From Phyllobates terribilis (taxonomy: Eukaryota): a DNA stretch of 64,000 bases. Positions 63,883 through 64,000 of this stretch are shown piece by piece. A program made the position numbers and the translations under genes. The stretch covers positions 876,742,001 through 876,806,000 of the forward strand of contig NW_027362761.1 in NCBI RefSeq assembly GCF_046119375.1, in the 5' to 3' direction. Position 1 is the first letter of the stretch. Each line of letters starts with the position of its first letter. Under the pieces are notes generated by a model. That model did not search any database. It was not told where the DNA came from and saw nothing but the letters and a program-made list of their open reading frames with translations.

Positions 63883-64000
63883 TGACTACCTCTTGAAGCT
63901 CATCAAGAGAATGCCAAGAGTGTGCAAAGCAGTCATCAAAGCAAAAGGTGGCTACTTTGAAGAACCTAGAATATAAGACATATTTTCAGTTGTTTCACAC
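63883..64000 (+). mobile_element. Tc1 family A fragment at window edge
   Basis: gactacctcttgaagctcatcaagagaatgcc...gaacctagaatataag, same as the family A TIR and C-terminus. Confidence 0.85.

Overview
Vertebrate genomic DNA, probably an anuran (frog), inferred from its repeat families. About 70% is transposon-derived. The only host coding sequence I can support is the terminal exon of TBCK on the minus strand (35437-35327; [36 protein letters not shown]). This makes 35438-64000 probably TBCK's last intron and 1-~34450 downstream flank. Mobile content: (1) a full-length Rex1/Babar-type LINE with an uninterrupted APE-RT ORF; (2) two ~1650-bp Tc1 copies with intact DD34E transposases, plus several decayed Tc1 copies; (3) a Gmr1-like Gypsy element (SCAN-like gag, PR-IN-RT-RH order); (4) an 8.5-kb hAT with an 8-bp TSD that holds a 110-bp tandem array and, in place of its 3' region, an 18S rRNA fragment and an L1 RT fragment split by a solo LTR; (5) several solo LTRs with clean TSDs; (6) piggyBac-, hAT- and Harbinger-type MITEs; (7) a DUF4817-type mariner deletion derivative whose TIRs include the end of an unrelated MITE; (8) a 72-bp L2-tail-like satellite with a higher-order duplication; (9) a tRNA-like tandem repeat. 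There is a 145-N assembly gap. I found no convincing novel multi-gene system. The most interesting signals are the composite and nested architectures and the apparently young intact elements. Family names come from motif recognition, not database searches.
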